This document shows positions 1 through 9,904 of a DNA stretch of 64,000 bases, piece by piece. Source of the DNA: Candidatus Latescibacterota bacterium (GTDB lineage: Bacteria > Latescibacterota > UBA2968 > UBA8231). The notes below the pieces were generated by a model. It saw only the letters and a program-made list of their open reading frames with translations. It did no database searches and was not told the origin of the DNA. The position numbers and the translations under genes are program-made. Each line of letters starts with the position of its first letter. The stretch's first letter is position 1. The stretch is from contig CBDCSU010000006.1 in assembly GCA_965221775.1 (NCBI GenBank), positions 1,472,001-1,536,000 on the forward strand, given 5' to 3'.

Positions 1-816
1 GGCCCAGGCGCGCCAGACCTTGTCCTCCACCTGGGCCCGCGCCTCTTCCATGAGCGACTCCTGGGCGTCGCGCTCGCACTCGATCAGCTTGTCGGTGATG
101 GCGATGAGGGAGTCGACGATCATCGCCTCGTCGGCGCCGAGGGTGGCCTGGTTCGACACCTGGAAGAGGTTGCCCGCCGCGTTGGAGCCCTCGCCGTAGA
201 CCCCGCGGACGGTGAAGGAGAGCTGGCCGAGCCCCTGCAGGACGCGCTCCATCTCCTCGGTGAGGACCAGGGCCGGCAGGTGGATGAGGACGGAGATGCG
301 CAGGCCGGTGCCGGTGTTGGTCGGACAGGCGGTGAGGAAGCCGAGGTCGGGATCGTGGGCGCAGGAGAGGACCCCCAGCAGCTCGTCGTCGAAGGAGGAG
401 ACGGCGGCCCAGGCCTCGCGGCCCCGGGTGCCCGGGTGGATGGCCTGCAGGCGCAGGTGGTCCTCCTCGTTGATCATCACGCTGAGGGACTCGTCGCGGT
501 TGTACAGGACCCCCCCGCCCTTGTCCTCGGCCAGGGCGGGACTGATGAGGTGACGCTCCACCAGGAGCCGCCGCTCGGAGGTGTCGAGGGGGTCCATGGG
601 GTAGTAGGTGGCGTCGCCCAGGGAGGCGCTGCCCCGGGCCGCGGAGAGGACCTGCTCGATCACCTGCCGCTGCTGCTCGGCGGTGATGCGCCCCGGGAAG
701 GGATAGCCGGCCAGGTTGCGGGCGAGCCGCACGCGGCTGCTGACGACCATGCCGTCGGCGTCGTCCTCGCCGCCCATCCAGCTGGGGGTGGCGCCGACCA
801 GGGGGTCGAGGTTCAC
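1..816 (-). CDS. mcsB: Protein arginine kinase McsB (3' end outside window)
   Basis: Manual translation from GTG at 816: VNLDPLVGATPSWMGGEDDADGMVVSSRVRLARNLAGYPFP...INEEDHLRLQ...GFLTACPTNTGTG; overlaps the mcsA stop (GTGA). Confidence 0.92.
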   Translation of the reverse strand, partial: MNLDPLVGATPSWMGGEDDADGMVVSSRVRLARNLAGYPFPGRITAEQQRQVIEQVLSAARGSASLGDATYYPMDPLDTSERRLLVERHLISPALAEDKGGGVLYNRDESLSVMINEEDHLRLQAIHPGTRGREAWAAVSSFDDELLGVLSCAHDPDLGFLTACPTNTGTGLRISVLIHLPALVLTEEMERVLQGLGQLSFTVRGVYGEGSNAAGNLFQVSNQATLGADEAMIVDSLIAITDKLIECERDAQESLMEEARAQVEDKVWRAWA

Positions 817-1316
817 GGCGCGCTCCGGCGGATGCGGTCCCGCAGCTCGGCGGCCTTCTCGTAGGACTCCTCCGCCACGGCCTGCCGCAGCTCGCGGCGC
901 AACTGCTCCAGCCGGTCGGAGTCGCCCCGGTCGGCGTTCCCGGCGGGCCCGGCCGCGGCAGCCTCCCGGGGGCGGGGCTCGCGGCCCACGTGGGAGTCGG
1001 CGCCGTGGATGCGCCGCAGGAGCCGGCGCATGGGCGCCCCGAAGGCGGCGTAGCAGGCGGGGCAGCCGAGGCGGCCGTGCTCGCGGAAGCGCTCGTAGGT
1101 GAGGCCGCAGTCGGGGCACTCGGCGTCCTGGCTCTCGACGGCGAGGTGGCCCAGGACGACGTTGATCTTGGTGACCGCCTTGGCCGGGGCCTTCGGCCGG
1201 ACGCCGCTCTCGCGGCGGGCGCAGCGGGGGCACAGGCGCAGGCTGCGCTTGTCGTCGCCGGAGACGATGGTGAGGTCCACGGCGGCCTCGCGCTTCTTGC
1301 AGGACTCGCACTGCAT
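813..1316 (-). CDS. mcsA: McsA activator (Zn-finger CxxC motifs + UvrB/C domain)
   Basis: MQCESC...LCPRC...ECPDCGLTYERFREHGRLGCPACY...EESYEKAAELRDRIR; ATG at 1316 inside ORF 813..1550. Confidence 0.92.
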   Translation of the reverse strand: MQCESCKKREAAVDLTIVSGDDKRSLRLCPRCARRESGVRPKAPAKAVTKINVVLGHLAVESQDAECPDCGLTYERFREHGRLGCPACYAAFGAPMRRLLRRIHGADSHVGREPRPREAAAAGPAGNADRGDSDRLEQLRRELRQAVAEESYEKAAELRDRIRRSAP

Positions 1317-1318
1317 GG

Positions 1319-2041
1319 TCAGTCGAGACTGAGCCGGCCGTCGACGAGCTGGCCGGAACGGTCGAGACTGGCGGCCAGGTCGCGGTCGTGGGTCATGACC
1401 AGGAAGGTCTGCCCGCGGGTGGCGGCGAGGTCGCGCAGCAACTCGTGGAGAGCGGCGCTGGCCTCGTGATCGAGGTTGCCGGAAGGCTCGTCGGCGAGCA
1501 CCAGGGGCGGGGACATGACCAGGGCCCGGGCCACGGCCACGCGCTGGCACTCGCCGCCGGACAGCTGCCCGGGGCGGTGGGACAGGCGGCCGGCGAGGCC
1601 GACCTGCTCCAGCAGCGACTCGGCGCGCTCGCGGCCTCCGCCGGGGAGGCGGGAGACGAGGGCGGGCATCATCACGTTCTCGAGGGCGGTGAACTCGGGC
1701 AGCAGGTTGTGGAACTGGAAGACGAAGCCGACGTGGCGGTTGCGGAAGTCGGAGAGGCCGCGGTCGTCGAGGGAGAGGACGTCGACGCCGGAGATCTCCA
1801 GGCTGCCGGAGGTGGGCCGGTCGAGGGTGCCGAGGATGTGGAGGAGGGTGCTCTTGCCGACGCCGGAGGCCCCGGTGACGGCCAGGGTCTGGCCGGCGAG
1901 GAGGTCGAGGTCCACGCCCTTGAGCACCGCCAGGGCCCCGGTCCCGGCGGAGTAGACCCGGCGGATGCCCCGGGCCTTGAGGACGGGGGCCCCCGGGGCC
2001 GGGGCCGGATGTCCGGCGGCGATGGTCTCCACGGCGCTCAC
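1319..2041 (-). CDS. lolD: Lipoprotein-releasing ABC transporter ATP-binding protein
   Basis: Walker A GASGVGKST, GFVFQFHNLL, LSGGE, LADEPSGNLD; GTG start overlaps the permease stop. Confidence 0.88.
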   Translation of the reverse strand: MSAVETIAAGHPAPAPGAPVLKARGIRRVYSAGTGALAVLKGVDLDLLAGQTLAVTGASGVGKSTLLHILGTLDRPTSGSLEISGVDVLSLDDRGLSDFRNRHVGFVFQFHNLLPEFTALENVMMPALVSRLPGGGRERAESLLEQVGLAGRLSHRPGQLSGGECQRVAVARALVMSPPLVLADEPSGNLDHEASAALHELLRDLAATRGQTFLVMTHDRDLAASLDRSGQLVDGRLSLD

Positions 2042-3291
2042 ACGATGTAGCGGATCGCCTCGACCGGCTGCAGGGAGGCGGCCTTGCGCGCCGGCAGCAC
2101 CGCCGCGAGCAGGCAGATGGTGATGCTCACGGCGGAGACGATGACGAAGTCGAGGGGCTGCATGTCGACGGGGAGGGAGCTGATGATGTAGATGTCGCTG
2201 GGGATGGAGACGATGCGGAAGCGGTCCTGGACGAGGCAGACGCCGAGGCCGATGAGGCAGCCGAGGAAGGTCCCCACGAGGCCGATGAAGAGCCCCTGGT
2301 AGAGGAAGACGCGGCCGATGCCCGGGGCGCGGGCGCCCATGGCGCGGAGGATGCCGATCTCCGGGGTCTTGATGAGGATCGACATGGTGAGGATGGAGGT
2401 GATGTTGAAGGCGGCGACGACGATGATCAGGCTCAGGGCGATGAAGATCACCCATTTCTCCAGCTCCATCCACTGAAAGAGCTCGGGGAACTGCTGGGTC
2501 CAGTCGGAGACCCGGTAGGGGTAGCCGAGGTGCTCGGCCAGATCCTCGCGCATGCCGACGGCGGCGTCGAGGTCGCCGAGGCGGAGGTGAATGTTGGTGG
2601 CCCCGTCGACGCCGAGGATCTCGCGCGCCTTCTCGAGGGAGATGAAGGCGAAGTTGTCGTCGTAGTGGAACATGCCGCTCTCGAAGAGGTTGTTGACGAC
2701 GAAGGAGCGCACCTTGGGCGTGAGGCCGCCGATCATGACGTCCTCGAGGGACTGCTCCCGCAGGGAGAGGAGGAAGACCACGTCCCCCAGACCGACACGC
2801 AGCCGGTCGGCCAGGTTGCGGCCGAGGATGATCCCCGGGGGTCCGCCCCCCGCCCGGGGCTGGAAGTGCATCTCGCCGTCGTCGCCGTAGACGAGGTGGG
2901 CGGGCAGGTCGGAGACGCCGGCGAAGCTGCCGGGCTCGACGCCCCAGACGACGACGCCGTCCATGTCGTCCTCGGCGTTGGCGAGGACGAGCTTGCTCTC
3001 GACGATGGGGGCCGTGGCCACCACCCCCGGCCGGCGGGCGAGCTGGCCGGCCAGGGTGTCGGCGGCGGCGATGGGGTCGCCGTGGTAGCGCCAGACGCTG
3101 ACGTGGGCGTTCATGCCGATGAGGCGGGCCTTCACCTCGCCGGTGAAGCCGTTGGTCACGGAGAGCATGATGATGAGGGCGGCCACGCCCAGGACGACGC
3201 CGCCGGTGGCGATGAAGGCGATGACCGAGAGGAACCCCGGGCGCTGCTTGGACTGCAGGTAGCGCCGGGAGACGAAGAGCTCGTAGCTCAC
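2038..3291 (-). CDS. Lipoprotein-releasing ABC transporter permease LolC/E family
   Basis: MSYELFVSRRYL..FLSVIAFIATGGVVLGVAALIIMLSVTNGF; EIGILRAMGA; C-terminal PARKAASLQPVEAIRY. Confidence 0.9.
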   Translation of the reverse strand: MSYELFVSRRYLQSKQRPGFLSVIAFIATGGVVLGVAALIIMLSVTNGFTGEVKARLIGMNAHVSVWRYHGDPIAAADTLAGQLARRPGVVATAPIVESKLVLANAEDDMDGVVVWGVEPGSFAGVSDLPAHLVYGDDGEMHFQPRAGGGPPGIILGRNLADRLRVGLGDVVFLLSLREQSLEDVMIGGLTPKVRSFVVNNLFESGMFHYDDNFAFISLEKAREILGVDGATNIHLRLGDLDAAVGMREDLAEHLGYPYRVSDWTQQFPELFQWMELEKWVIFIALSLIIVVAAFNITSILTMSILIKTPEIGILRAMGARAPGIGRVFLYQGLFIGLVGTFLGCLIGLGVCLVQDRFRIVSIPSDIYIISSLPVDMQPLDFVIVSAVSITICLLAAVLPARKAASLQPVEAIRYIV

Positions 3292-3295
3292 GCCC

Positions 3296-4394
3296 CTAAA
3301 CCGTCCGGTCGGCGGTGAGGAATGCCTCGATGAAGGCGTCGATGTCGCCGTCCATCACGGCCTGCACGTTGGCCGACTCGTGGCCGGTGCGGTGGTCCTT
3401 GACCATGGTGTAGGGCTGGAAGACGTAGGAGCGGATCTGGCTGCCGAAGTCGATCGCCTTCTTGGTGCTCTCCACGGCCTCCATCTTCTTGCGTTCCTCC
3501 TGCTTGTGGTGATCGTAAATCCTCGCCGTGAGAACCTTCATGGCGGTGCTCTTGTTCTTCATCTGGGAGCGCTCGTTCTGGCACTGCACGGTGATCCCCG
3601 TGGGCCGGTGGGTGATGCGCACCGCCGAGGAGGTCTTGTTGACGTGCTGCCCCCCGGCGCCCCCGGCCTTGTAGGTGTCGATCTGCAGGTCCTCCTCGCG
3701 CAGCTCGACCTCGGGGATCTCGTCGACCTCGGGGTAGACGAAGACGCTGGCGAAGGAGGTGTGGCGGCGCTTGTTGGCGTCGAAGGGCGAGATGCGCACG
3801 AGGCGGTGGACGCCGGCCTCGGCCTTGAGATGGCCGTAGGCGTAGGGGCCGCGGATCTCGAGGGTGACGCTCTTGACGCCGGCCTCGTCGCCGGGCTGCA
3901 GGTCCATGAGATCGGACTCGAAGCCGCGGCGCTCGATCCAGCGGCCGTAGAGGCGCATGAGCATGCCGGCCCAGTCGGCGGCCTCGGTGCCGCCGGCGCC
4001 CGGGTGGATCTCGAGGATGGCGTCCTTGGGGTCGTCCTCGTCCGAGAGCATGGCCTGGAACTCCAGGCGGTCCAGCTCGCCGCCGAGGGTTGCGGCCTCG
4101 GCCTCGACCTCGGCCAGGGTCCCGGCATCCGCCTCGGCGGCGGCCAGATCGCGCAGCTCCAGGAGGTCGTCGAGGCGGGACCTGAGCCCGTCCCAGGGCT
4201 CGATGGCGTCCCTCAGCCCGCGGGCCTGGCGCGAGACCTCCTCGGCGGCGCGACGGTCGTTCCAGAAGTCGCCCTGTCCCATGCGCCGCTCCAGCTCGGC
4301 CAGGCTCTGCCGGCGCCGGTCGAGGTCAAAGATACCCCCGGAGCCGTTCCAGCCGTTCGGCGCAGTCGAACAGGATCTCCTCGTTGGCGGCCAT
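3296..4394 (-). CDS. prfB: Peptide chain release factor 2, with programmed +1 frameshift
   Basis: 22-codon first frame MAANEEILFDCAERLERLRGYL ends in CTT-TGA-C; the +1 frame continues DLDRRRQ...GAGGTEA...RISPFD...GGQHVNKT. RBS AAGGAG before ATG at 4394. Confidence 0.96.
4325..4340 (-). promoter_or_regulatory. RF2 autoregulatory +1 frameshift site
   Basis: Minus strand CGGGGG-TAT-CTT-TGA-C: internal SD-like run 3 nt before the slippery CTT TGA. Confidence 0.93.
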
Positions 4395-4406
4395 GGATTC
4401 GCTCCT

Positions 4407-4952
4407 TCAGTCCTCGGGTTCGTTGTAGCGTTCGAAGGTGAGCCTCTCGGCCCGGGCCTCCTCGGGAATCTCGAAGAGCAGCTCCTCGTCGATGGTCTCG
4501 TCGCGATCGAGGTGGAAGCGGTCCCCGAGGCGGATGAACATGGGCGAGCGCGACATCGGGTAGTAGCGCGTGCCGTCGTCGGTGACCAGCTCGAAGCACC
4601 GGGGCACGACGGGGTAGCCGATCTTGAGGCGCGCCTCCATCCGGACCCGCACGAGGACGAACTTGCGGCCCTTCTCCGGGTAGCCGTGGAAGAAGTGCAG
4701 GTAGCGGACGCCGCCGTCCTCGGGGACGCTCCACCGGATCGGCTTCTGGAGACGGCCCAGCAGGTCGGGGAGTTCCTCGAGCTGGCCCACCGAGCCGCCG
4801 GTGAAAATGGCGAGCTTCCAGGCCATGACGCCGCCGCCGCCGACCACGCAGCCGGCGATCACCCCCCAGCGGATCATGCGCATGCGCCGGGCGAAGCGCT
4901 GGCGCCGTTGGCTGCGGGAGCTGTCGCGGGATGGCGCGGCGGGCTGCTTCAC
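4407..4952 (-). CDS. Membrane-anchored hypothetical protein (DUF4352-like Ig-fold possible)
   Basis: Basic N-terminus, one TM helix, then KFVLVRVRM...FELVTDDGTRY...LLFEIP pattern. Confidence 0.6.
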   Translation of the reverse strand: MKQPAAPSRDSSRSQRRQRFARRMRMIRWGVIAGCVVGGGGVMAWKLAIFTGGSVGQLEELPDLLGRLQKPIRWSVPEDGGVRYLHFFHGYPEKGRKFVLVRVRMEARLKIGYPVVPRCFELVTDDGTRYYPMSRSPMFIRLGDRFHLDRDETIDEELLFEIPEEARAERLTFERYNEPED

Positions 4953-5007
4953 GGCGAGAGAAGGTACGGCGCGCCCCCGTGGGCTGCCAAAGGGAGAGGC
5001 GGCCCCT

Positions 5008-6726
5008 TCAGAGCCCGCGCAGGACGGCGATCCTGCCGGTGCGGCGGAAGGAGTCGCCCTCCAGGCGGTAGTAGTAGACGCCGGAGGCGAAGTCGCCGCC
5101 GACCTCCCAGGAGAGGGCGAGCCCCGGCAGGTGGTAGGTCCCGGCGGGCAGGCGCCGGTCGATGACGTGGACCAGGGCGCCGGCGGCGTCGAAAAGGCGC
5201 AGGGAGAGGCTCTCGGCCCCGGCGAGGTCGACGGGGAAGTGGACGGTGGGAGAGAGGCCGCGGGCGGGGTTGGGGAAGGGCGCGAAGGCGGCGCTGTCCA
5301 GCGGCCTCGGGGCCTTCAGGCCGCTGGCCCGGGCGGCGTCAACGCGCCCCCAGCCGTAGAGGGTGTCGGGTCCCGCCGGACCGAGGTCGACGGCGGTGGA
5401 GCGCAGGGCGGAGGCCACGTCCTCGGGGGTCCAGCGGGGGTGCTGCTGCAGCAGCAGGGCGCAGACGCCGGCGGCGATGGGGGCGGCGTAGGAGGTGCCC
5501 GAGACGAGGGAGTACTCGCGCAGCGAGAACGGTTCCGAGCCCTCGGCGGCGCCGCGGCCCGAGACGGTGTAGACCCCCTGCCCCGGGGCGACGACGTCGG
5601 GCTTGATGCGGCCGTCCGCCGTGGGGCCGCGGGAGCTGTAGGCGGCGATCTCCCCGCTTACGGGGTGCACCGAGCCGACGGCGATGACCCCGGGGGCGTC
5701 GGCGGGCACGGTGACGTAGCGCCAGTCGCCGAGGGCCTCGTTGCCGGCGGCGGCGACGACGACGATCCCGCGGGCCACGGCCAGCTCCGCGGCGCGGCTG
5801 GTGAGGGCGGTGGCCCCGTCCAGGTCTTCCCAGTCGTACCCGGTGCCGTCGTCGAAGCGGGTATAGCCGACCGAGGCGTTGACCACCCGGGCGCCGAGGC
5901 TGTCGGCCCACTCGATGGCGGCGACCCAGCGGTCCTCCTCGATGGGCAGCTCCCTCCCCACGCCGCCCTCGGAAGGCGTGACGTCCTCGGTCTTGGCCAG
6001 CAGGTACTCGGCGGCCGGCGCCACCCCGATCAGGCGGCCGGGGTCGTTGCCGGCGATCACCCCGAGGACACCGGTGCCGTGGATGTTCTGGCCATGGGCG
6101 GCTTCCTCCCCGGTGACCGGCTGCCCGGACTCGTCGCCGACCTCGTCGTCGCCGTTGATGAAGTCCCGGGCGGCGGCGACCCGCAGGCCGGCGAAGGCGG
6201 CGTGGGCCCTCCAGTTGAAACCGGCGTCGATGAGGGCGACGCGCACGCCCTCGCCGAGGAGGCCGCGGGCGTGGAGGAGGGGGACGTCGACGGCGGCCAC
6301 CTGCGCCAGGGAGGCGCCGTAGTCGAGGTCGGCCGGGCGCGGAGCGACGCGGCCGGGAGCAGGGTCGACGGGAAGGGCCGGGGAGGGCCGCCGCCAGCGG
6401 CGCACGGGGCGCACCTCGCGCACGAAGGAGAGGCGGCGAAGGCGGTCGGCCTGGCCGGGGCCGGCGTCGACGCTGACGGCGTTGAACCAGCGCGAGCGCG
6501 CACGGAGGCGGAGGCCGAGGGCCTCGACGGCGGCGGTGTAGCGGCGGTCGAGACCGGCGTCGAGGGCGGGGCCGGGGCGGACGCGGCGGGGCTCCGGCCA
6601 GGCGAGGGCCTCCCCCCGGTGCCCGGGCTTGTCGGCGAAGAACACCCAGAGGGGCTCGGCGGCGGCGAAGGCGGGAAGGAGGAGAGCGGCGCCCGCGGCC
6701 AGGAGGGACCGGCGGAGGATGGGCAT
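5008..6726 (-). CDS. Secreted S8 (subtilisin-like) serine peptidase with C-terminal sorting/FlgD-like domain
   Basis: Signal peptide; triad ALIDAG, HGTGV, SGTSYA; SSRGPTADGRIKPDV; tail PFPNP...SGVYYYRL. Confidence 0.9.
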   Translation of the reverse strand: MPILRRSLLAAGAALLLPAFAAAEPLWVFFADKPGHRGEALAWPEPRRVRPGPALDAGLDRRYTAAVEALGLRLRARSRWFNAVSVDAGPGQADRLRRLSFVREVRPVRRWRRPSPALPVDPAPGRVAPRPADLDYGASLAQVAAVDVPLLHARGLLGEGVRVALIDAGFNWRAHAAFAGLRVAAARDFINGDDEVGDESGQPVTGEEAAHGQNIHGTGVLGVIAGNDPGRLIGVAPAAEYLLAKTEDVTPSEGGVGRELPIEEDRWVAAIEWADSLGARVVNASVGYTRFDDGTGYDWEDLDGATALTSRAAELAVARGIVVVAAAGNEALGDWRYVTVPADAPGVIAVGSVHPVSGEIAAYSSRGPTADGRIKPDVVAPGQGVYTVSGRGAAEGSEPFSLREYSLVSGTSYAAPIAAGVCALLLQQHPRWTPEDVASALRSTAVDLGPAGPDTLYGWGRVDAARASGLKAPRPLDSAAFAPFPNPARGLSPTVHFPVDLAGAESLSLRLFDAAGALVHVIDRRLPAGTYHLPGLALSWEVGGDFASGVYYYRLEGDSFRRTGRIAVLRGL

Positions 6727-6727
6727 C

Positions 6728-7393
6728 TCAGGGTTCGGCCGGGGTCCGGCGGTCGATGATCTCGGTGCCCTCGGGAGGGGTGAAGCGGAAGAGGCCGTCG
6801 TCGAGGCGGCCGTCCCGGCGGTGGCCGCTGAGGATGAAGATGCTCACGTCGTCGTTGGGCTCGACCTGCTCGATGCGCAGCAGACGCCAGCCTCTCTCCT
6901 CCACCCACAGGCGCATGCGCTTGAGCCTCAGGGCGGGGGGCACGTCCTCGGTGGGCTGCAGGGTCAGCATGTAGACCTCGCGCCCCTCCAGGTCGGTGCG
7001 CTGCACGGCGACGGGACGGTAGCCGTCGGCGTACTCGACGAGGACCTCCCACGGCGTCCGCAGCACGCCCCCGTCGTAGGGGGAGACGATGACCTGCTCG
7101 TTGGTCTTGCTGTAGGCCCAGATCGCCTCGCCGTCGGCGACGACGAGGTCGCCGCCCTCTAGCTGCACGCGGAAACGCCCCGGCCTGTGGGTGTAGATCT
7201 TCCCCTGGCGGGTGGCGTGCTTGTCGAGGACGGCCCAGTAGAACCGCTTCTCGAAGCTGGCCTCGTAGGTGCGCGCCCTGGCGAAACGGTCGCGGACCCG
7301 CTCCATGATCTCGTCACCGGTGACGGCGGCGGCGGGCGAGGGCCGCCACGGGGCGGCCAGGACCACCGCCCACAGGAAGGGCGCGAACCTCAC
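6728..7393 (-). CDS. lolA: Outer-membrane lipoprotein carrier LolA
   Basis: Signal peptide; RPGRFRV...VVADGEAIWAY...LFRFTPPEGTEIID; directly after ftsK. Confidence 0.82.
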   Translation of the reverse strand: MRFAPFLWAVVLAAPWRPSPAAAVTGDEIMERVRDRFARARTYEASFEKRFYWAVLDKHATRQGKIYTHRPGRFRVQLEGGDLVVADGEAIWAYSKTNEQVIVSPYDGGVLRTPWEVLVEYADGYRPVAVQRTDLEGREVYMLTLQPTEDVPPALRLKRMRLWVEERGWRLLRIEQVEPNDDVSIFILSGHRRDGRLDDGLFRFTPPEGTEIIDRRTPAEP

Positions 7394-9822
7394 GAGGCCC
7401 CTTCTTCGGCCGGGTCGTCGCCGCCCTCGGCGAGGATGCGCCTCGGCCTGGCGCCCTCGGCGGGCCCGACGATGCCGGCGAGTTCCAGCTCGTCCATGAG
7501 CCGGGCGGCCCGGGAGTAGCCCACCTTCATGCGCCGCTGCAGGTAGGAGGTGCTCGCCTGCTTGGACTCCAGGACGATGGCGACGGCCTCGTCGAAGAGC
7601 TCGTCGCGGTCGCCGGCGTCCTCTCCCGAGCCGCCGCGGGCGGAGAACACCTGCACCTCCTCGGCCTGGTAGCCGCTGTTGCGGATCTGCTCCACGAGGC
7701 GCTCGGTCTCCTCGCCGGAGATGAAGGCGCCGTGGATGCGGATCGGCTCGCCCTGGCCGCTGCGCAGGAAGAGCATGTCGCCGCGGCCGAGGAGGCGCTC
7801 GGCGCCGTTCATGTCGAGGATGGTGCGCGAATCGGTCTTGGAGGCGACGAGGAAGGCGATGCGCGAGGGGAAGTTGGCCTTGATGACGCCGGTGATGACG
7901 TTCACCGAGGGGCGCTGGGTGGCGAGGATGATGTGGATGCCCACGGCCCGGGACTTCTGGGCCAGGCCCATGAGCGAGGCTTCCACGTCGGCGGGAGCGG
8001 TGAGCATGAGGTCGGCGAACTCGTCGATGACGATGACGATGTAGGGGAGCTTGCGCACCTCCTCGCCCTCGGCGGCGCCCTCGGCCCCCGGGCCGTCGGC
8101 GAGGATGCGCTCCACCTTGGCGTTGTAGTCGGCGAGGTTGCGCACCGCCATCCGGGCCAGCAGCTGATAGCGGGCCTCCATCTCGGCCACGGCCCAGCGC
8201 AGGGCCTCGGCGGCCTTCTTCGGCTCGGTGATGACGGGCACCAGGAGATGGGGGATGTCGTTGTAGATGGTCAGCTCCACGACCTTGGGATCGACCATCA
8301 GCAGGCGGACCTCGTCGGGCGAGGCGCGCAGCAGGAGGCTGCAGATCAGGGTGTTGATGCAGACGCTCTTGCCCGACCCGGTGGCGCCGGCGACCAGCAG
8401 GTGGGGCATCTTCGCCAGGTCGGTGACGTAGGTGTCGCCGGCGATCGTCTTGCCGAGGGCCATGGCGAGCTCGGAATCGTCGCGGCGGAAGGCGCGGGAC
8501 TCGACGATCTCGCGGAGGTAGACGGTCTCGCGGCCCTGGTTGGCGATCTCCACGCCGACGACGGACTTGCCGGGCACCGGCGCCTGGATGCGGATCCCCT
8601 CGGCGCTCATGACCCGGGCGAGATCGTCGGCCAGGGCCGAGATGCGCCCCACCTTGACGCCGGCGGCGGGCTCCACCTCGTAGCGGGTCACCACCGGACC
8701 GGGGCTCACCTCCACGACCTTCCCCATGACGTCGAAGTTGGCCATCGCCTCCTGCAGGACGCGGGCGTTCTCGAGCAGGGTCTCGCGGTCGACCTGCCCG
8801 CGGTCGGCCGGCACCGGATCCAGCAACTTGGTCCCCGGCGGGCGGTAGCGGCGGATCCGGGGGCGGGGCCTGGCGGCGCCGGAGGCCGAGGCGGAACCTC
8901 CGGACTCCGGGCGGGAACGGCCGTTGCCCGCCGACCCGTTGCGGACCCGCCGAGCCGGCGGAGGCTCCTCAACGACCGGCAGGGGCGGCTCCCGCGGAGG
9001 GCTGTCCCCCGGAGGGACGACCTCCTGAAGGGGGTCCTCTTCCAGGAGCCCCACCGGCCTGCCCGGCGCCTCCGGCTCCTGGGGCTCTTCCGACTCGGGC
9101 GGGGGCGGCGGCGCTCGGCTCACCGGCTCGTCCATGGAAACCGTCATCGGCGCGTTCTCCGGCCCCGTCCCGCGCGCAGCCGGGGGACGCCCGGGCTCCC
9201 CGGGGGGTTCCGGCGGCTCCTCCTCCCAGACGTCGTGATCCGCTTCGGCCCGGGCCTGGCGGCCGTGGCGACGGCGGCTGCGCCATTCGGCCAGGGCCTG
9301 CGCCCAGCGGCGGGGATCGATGTCGGTGACCAGCACCAGGGAGACCCCGAGGAGGCCGATGAGCAGGATGGCGGAGCCGATGCGCCCGGTGAAGGGAATG
9401 AGGACGCCGGCGCTTGCCCAGGTGCCGAGCCAGCCCCCCCACTCGAAGGCGGTGTAGGGGGACCAGCCGGGCAGGCCGGAACCGACGGAGAGGAACAGAC
9501 CGATGCCGGCGATGCCGAGGGAACGGGCGGCGTACGGCTTGCAGGGGTGCCGGCGGAAGCGGTTCCAGGCCCACAGCACGGAGAGAAGCGGCAGGGTGTA
9601 GGCGGCGTAACCGACGGCGGTGAGCAGGCCGTAGGAGACGTGGGCGCCGAGCCACCCGGCGCGGTTCATGGCCGGCTGTCCGGCCTGGCTGGAGTTGGGC
9701 GGATCCTGGGGGGAATGGGTGGCCAGGCTCAGCACCAGGAAGGCGGCCAGGGCGAGGAGCACCACGCCGATGATGTGGGACCCCTTGTCTCGGGCCACGA
9801 GGGGATCTGGGCGTTCGGCCAT
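7390..9822 (-). CDS. ftsK: DNA translocase FtsK
   Basis: N-terminal TM domain, Pro-rich linker, PHLLVAGATGSGKS, IVIDEFADLM, ATQRPS, gamma domain QRRMKVGYSRAARLMD; ATG at 9822 chosen as start. Confidence 0.95.
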   Translation of the reverse strand: MAERPDPLVARDKGSHIIGVVLLALAAFLVLSLATHSPQDPPNSSQAGQPAMNRAGWLGAHVSYGLLTAVGYAAYTLPLLSVLWAWNRFRRHPCKPYAARSLGIAGIGLFLSVGSGLPGWSPYTAFEWGGWLGTWASAGVLIPFTGRIGSAILLIGLLGVSLVLVTDIDPRRWAQALAEWRSRRRHGRQARAEADHDVWEEEPPEPPGEPGRPPAARGTGPENAPMTVSMDEPVSRAPPPPPESEEPQEPEAPGRPVGLLEEDPLQEVVPPGDSPPREPPLPVVEEPPPARRVRNGSAGNGRSRPESGGSASASGAARPRPRIRRYRPPGTKLLDPVPADRGQVDRETLLENARVLQEAMANFDVMGKVVEVSPGPVVTRYEVEPAAGVKVGRISALADDLARVMSAEGIRIQAPVPGKSVVGVEIANQGRETVYLREIVESRAFRRDDSELAMALGKTIAGDTYVTDLAKMPHLLVAGATGSGKSVCINTLICSLLLRASPDEVRLLMVDPKVVELTIYNDIPHLLVPVITEPKKAAEALRWAVAEMEARYQLLARMAVRNLADYNAKVERILADGPGAEGAAEGEEVRKLPYIVIVIDEFADLMLTAPADVEASLMGLAQKSRAVGIHIILATQRPSVNVITGVIKANFPSRIAFLVASKTDSRTILDMNGAERLLGRGDMLFLRSGQGEPIRIHGAFISGEETERLVEQIRNSGYQAEEVQVFSARGGSGEDAGDRDELFDEAVAIVLESKQASTSYLQRRMKVGYSRAARLMDELELAGIVGPAEGARPRRILAEGGDDPAEEGAS

Positions 9823-9904
9823 GTGGATGCCTGCTCGCCCCGGATGGACGGGACCTGTGGCAAGGGGAAGAAGGAGGACCGGGGGAGGGCCTCCCAAGGT
9901 TCTT

